Positions 60,697-64,000 of a stretch of 64,000 bases of DNA are shown here, piece by piece. Both the position numbers and the translations under genes were made by a program. The notes under the pieces were generated by a model that was given only the letters and a program-made list of their open reading frames with translations, had not been told where the DNA came from and ran no database searches. Source of the stretch: an uncultured Vicinamibacterales bacterium (GTDB taxonomy: Bacteria; Acidobacteriota; Vicinamibacteria; Vicinamibacterales; JAKQTR01); assembly GCA_964481395.1 (NCBI GenBank), contig CAYZYG010000009.1:959-64958 (forward strand), given 5' to 3'. Within the stretch, counting starts at the first letter, position 1; every line of letters starts with the position of its first letter.

Positions 60697-63600
60697 CTAC
60701 GGCGTGAAGCGGACGGCGTTGCTGAGGAGGCTCGGTCCAAACAGGTAGACCTGGACATCGACCCACCCGCTGACATCGAGATCGGCCGGTATCTGAACGG
60801 TGTGGCGGATTCCGCCCGCGACACCGCCGACGTTTGCGGCCCAACCGGTGCTCGTCTTTGCATTCCCGGCGCCGCTCGCTGGCGTGAAGACGTACGTGGC
60901 CAAGTAGGCACTCGTCGACACGCCGTCAGCCTCGACCGTCAGCCAGGCTCCCGGGATCAGCGACGCCACTGGCGTGGTTGTGAACCCAGTGGCGCTGGTC
61001 GCTTGGAAGATGTGCTGGATGACCGGCGCGCTCGGCGTGTCGGACACGGTGATCGAGAAGGGGTTGGTCGTCGTCGTCTCTTCCGCGTTCCTCAGCGTGA
61101 TTGTTGCGGCACCAGGCAGGAGGGCCTGGGGCAGCATGAAGATCCACTTCGATGCCGTTGCGAGGTGCACCTCGACGGCGGGGTACTCCACCCCGCCTTG
61201 TGTGATCACCACCTGCTGCGCAATCGCGGGCGGGTAGGTTCCGGGCAGCAGGTCGCTGAACGGCAGGCCACTGCCCACAACGGTCACCGCCTGGGCAAAT
61301 GCCTTCCCCGCAGGCTGGGGCGTTACCGACGTGATCGTCCCTCCAGACGCCGGCACTGGCGAGCACACCAGCGCCATGGAGTCGACAATAGAGCCGGCGC
61401 CCCCGACGACGCCGGTCACGGCCTCGCCAGCCGGGCAGTCGTAGGAGAACGCCGTGCCGTTCCAGGCCGCCGGCTGCGGGCCGAGCGGTGCCGGCGCAAT
61501 GGGCCCACCGGCCAGGGCCTGGCACCGTGGCGCAATCGAGGTGACGAAGTCACCGGTGCTGGCCCATGCCGGGCGCCCGTAGGTTCCGTAGAAGCCCACC
61601 ATCACCTCACCCGCCGGGCAGGCCGTGGAGTAGGTTGGCGGGCCCCAGCCCGGATTGGTTACACCCCCGAACTGGGACGGGTGGTTGCCGTCACTGCAGA
61701 GCAGGCCGGCGCTTCCTAGTGCGTCGGTGCCCTGGTTCACGATGAACCCGTTTGCGAACACCCCCGCCGCGCAGTACCCTCCGTACGGGCCGCCCCCCTG
61801 TCCCCCGGCCGGCAGCGTCGATGCGATGGTGTGGGTCGCCGACGCCGACCCGACGTAGCCCGGCTGCGTGACGGTTGCGACCACGGCGTAGGCGCCGATC
61901 GCGCTCGGCACGGTCAGGGTGCCATCGTAGGTGACGGAGTACGCGACCGAGGGCGTCGTGATCACGTTGGCAGGCTTCGGCGAGCCGTCGTACACCGCCC
62001 CCGTTCCGGTAATCGACACACTCACCGGCGTCGCGCCTGCCGGCACCTGAAGGCAGTTCGAGAACTCCGTTGTGCCGCGTGAGTCTGTGGCCGACATCGT
62101 GATGAACGACCCCGGGGCCGCGCTGAAGAACGCGGTGCCGCTGGTGCCTCCCGAGAACGATCCGATGAACGTCTGTCCTTCGCCGCTGCCGCTCGGATCA
62201 CAGGCCACATTCGAGAACAGCTCGAAGATGTAGGGGCCCGCCACGGGCGAGGTGAAGGCGAAGTCGGCTTGCGTGGGTTGGATGTTGCTCAGGACGGGGG
62301 CACCGTTTGCCGCTCCCAGCGGTTCGTAGTCGATGCCGAGACCGCCGTTGACGTAGATGGCGTTCGCGCTGACGGTGGTTCCAGTTGCACCCTGCCACAC
62401 CACGACGCCCGGACCCGCATTGGCGGAAATCGTGTTCCCCGCCAGGATCCCGGACGCGCCCTCGCGGACGTCAACGCCGGCCCCGCCGTTGGGAATCGTG
62501 CCCGTGCCAGCCGCGTTGAGACCGATGTAGTTACCCGTGATCTGCGTGTTGGTGGCCCCCGCGTACGCGCCCTGACCGGTCAGCGCGATGCCCGCAGCGA
62601 GATTCCCTGAAATGACGTTGCGCTGCCCTGGCGCCGCCCCGCCAATCACGTTGTTCGGACCGACCTCGACGTGAATGCCGAACTTGACGTTGGGCAGGGC
62701 AGCGGTGCCGGCGGCGTTCGTGCCGATGAGATTGCCGAACACCGAGTTGCCCGTGCCCCAGATCTTGACACCGTAGGCCGAATTGCCGGAGATGACGTTT
62801 CCCTCGCCGGCGGTGGTGTCTCCACCAATCTGAACACCCGAGACGCCCGAGGCGATCATCACGGCGGCCAGGTCACCCCCGACGGGGCCGTTCGGCCGGG
62901 CCGCGGTTCCGGCGGGATCCGTGCCGATCCGGTTGCTCTTGACGATCACGCCCGCGCCAGTACCTTGCACCAGCACGGCGTGCCCGCCGTTCCCCGAGAT
63001 GACGTTGCCGCTGCCAGGCGCACCGATGGTCGTGCCGCCGGCGTTGACATGCAGGACCCCGCCCCCGACGTTGCCGAGCGCCGCCCCCGACGTGTCCAGG
63101 CCGATCGTGTTCTGCAGAATCTGGGTTCCCGTGGGGGCTCCGGCACCGGTGCTCTGAAGGGCGATGCCCCAACCGGAATTCCCCGACACGAAGTTCCCGT
63201 GAATGATCGTGTTCTGGACGAGGTTGTACGCGGACACGCCCTGGTTGTTCGGAATCGCGCCGGTCCCGGCAGCGTTCAGACCGATGCGGTTTCCCCGGAT
63301 CTCTGTGCCCGTGCCGCCGCGCAGCAGGACGCCGACGTTGTTGCCCGAAATGACGTTGCCGGCCCCGGGCGCGGCCGGCGGGGCGCCGGCCGGTGCGAGC
63401 CCGATGACCGTCGCTGTCGCGCCGCCATCGATGGTGACGCCCGCGTCGTTGCTCCACGCCGCGAGGCCGAGGCCTACCACCGCAATGCCGTTGTTGCCGA
63501 TGAAGTTGCCTTCGATGCGGTTGCCGGCGCCGCTGCGCACCCAGACGCCCTGTGACTGACCGTTGCCGCCGATGACATTACCCTGACCGGGCAGGTGGCC

Positions 63601-64000
63601 GCCGATCAGGTTGGCGCTCGATTGGACCTCGACGCCCGTGTAGTTCGAGGCAATCATGCCGAAGTGGCTCGCCTGAACGGTGTGGCTCCCACCGCCCGCG
63701 AGGAGCAGGGCCGCACCGCTCGTGTAGCTCGCGTTGGGGACAAAGCCATTGAACTCGATCCCCCGTACCGTCGAACCCGTGCCCGTGAGCGCCAGCCCGA
63801 TGCTGCCCGCCGGCATGTTCGCGCCGGAGATCTGGATGACTGGCTGGCCACCACCCAGCGCGTAGTGCGAGTCCGTCGTGGCGTCGACGATGACGCCGCT
63901 GCCAACCGCGGGCAGCGGATTCAGCGGCGCGAAGACGTGCGGACCGGGCTCGACGACCTCGAACGTAATCGTCTGGCCGGATGTGGCCTGCTGCAACGCC
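60697..64000 (-). CDS. Very large right-handed parallel beta-helix (PbH1/CASH-like) repeat protein with C-terminal Ig-like (IPT/TIG-like) domains; the N-terminus lies beyond the window
   Basis: Dozens of about 22-25-aa G-N-x-I-x-G-N repeats (e.g. GNVISGN, GNRIG, GNYIG). The frame is still open at the window edge, so the TTG at 63996 is probably not the true start. Confidence 0.8.
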   Translation of the reverse strand, partial: ALQQATSGQTITFEVVEPGPHVFAPLNPLPAVGSGVIVDATTDSHYALGGGQPVIQISGANMPAGSIGLALTGTGSTVRGIEFNGFVPNASYTSGAALLLAGGGSHTVQASHFGMIASNYTGVEVQSSANLIGGHLPGQGNVIGGNGQSQGVWVRSGAGNRIEGNFIGNNGIAVVGLGLAAWSNDAGVTIDGGATATVIGLAPAGAPPAAPGAGNVISGNNVGVLLRGGTGTEIRGNRIGLNAAGTGAIPNNQGVSAYNLVQNTIIHGNFVSGNSGWGIALQSTGAGAPTGTQILQNTIGLDTSGAALGNVGGGVLHVNAGGTTIGAPGSGNVISGNGGHAVLVQGTGAGVIVKSNRIGTDPAGTAARPNGPVGGDLAAVMIASGVSGVQIGGDTTAGEGNVISGNSAYGVKIWGTGNSVFGNLIGTNAAGTAALPNVKFGIHVEVGPNNVIGGAAPGQRNVISGNLAAGIALTGQGAYAGATNTQITGNYIGLNAAGTGTIPNGGAGVDVREGASGILAGNTISANAGPGVVVWQGATGTTVSANAIYVNGGLGIDYEPLGAANGAPVLSNIQPTQADFAFTSPVAGPYIFELFSNVACDPSGSGEGQTFIGSFSGGTSGTAFFSAAPGSFITMSATDSRGTTEFSNCLQVPAGATPVSVSITGTGAVYDGSPKPANVITTPSVAYSVTYDGTLTVPSAIGAYAVVATVTQPGYVGSASATHTIASTLPAGGQGGGPYGGYCAAGVFANGFIVNQGTDALGSAGLLCSDGNHPSQFGGVTNPGWGPPTYSTACPAGEVMVGFYGTYGRPAWASTGDFVTSIAPRCQALAGGPIAPAPLGPQPAAWNGTAFSYDCPAGEAVTGVVGGAGSIVDSMALVCSPVPASGGTITSVTPQPAGKAFAQAVTVVGSGLPFSDLLPGTYPPAIAQQVVITQGGVEYPAVEVHLATASKWIFMLPQALLPGAATITLRNAEETTTTNPFSITVSDTPSAPVIQHIFQATSATGFTTTPVASLIPGAWLTVEADGVSTSAYLATYVFTPASGAGNAKTSTGWAANVGGVAGGIRHTVQIPADLDVSGWVDVQVYLFGPSLLSNAVRFTP

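Overview
High-GC bacterial chromosomal segment. The gene content is consistent with a soil Acidobacteriota-like organism: tricorn-type protease, BNR/sortilin-like exported protein, Ser/Thr kinase with TPR, DUF5916 outer-membrane protein, many exported peptidases. This taxonomic placement is inference only. I support about 42 protein genes. I found no rRNA, tRNA, CRISPR array, transposase or integrase. Most long ORFs antisense to or overlapping these genes in the six-frame track are high-GC artefacts.

Main second-look items:
1. An in-frame TGA sits exactly where the first Cys of a thioredoxin-like CxxC motif belongs (U-P-P-C). It joins two track ORFs into one 650-aa exported protein. It is followed by a hairpin whose GGUCU apical loop lies at the same distance from the UGA as the E. 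coli fdhF SECIS loop. This is a candidate new selenoprotein.
2. A Pls/PosA-type single-module NRPS (A-T, then three membrane-anchored hexapeptide-like domains), operonic with a LysE exporter. This is a candidate cationic homopoly-amino-acid synthetase of unknown product.
3. A pervasive family of 7-bp-periodic intergenic tandem repeats in at least three sequence classes, often arranged as inverted arms. There is also a MITE-like inverted-repeat element.
4. A composite copy of these elements is inserted in frame, about 99 codons with no stop, inside a dimethylarginine dimethylaminohydrolase gene between its catalytic His and Cys.
5. An orphan pair of GspG-like pseudopilins, one giant, with no secretion or pilus machinery nearby.

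Other content: arabinose-type catabolic operon, tungsten-type aldehyde:ferredoxin oxidoreductase with a ThiS/MoaD-like partner, HEAT plus HD-GYP gene pair, two VapBC-type toxin-antitoxin pairs, and several transporters.
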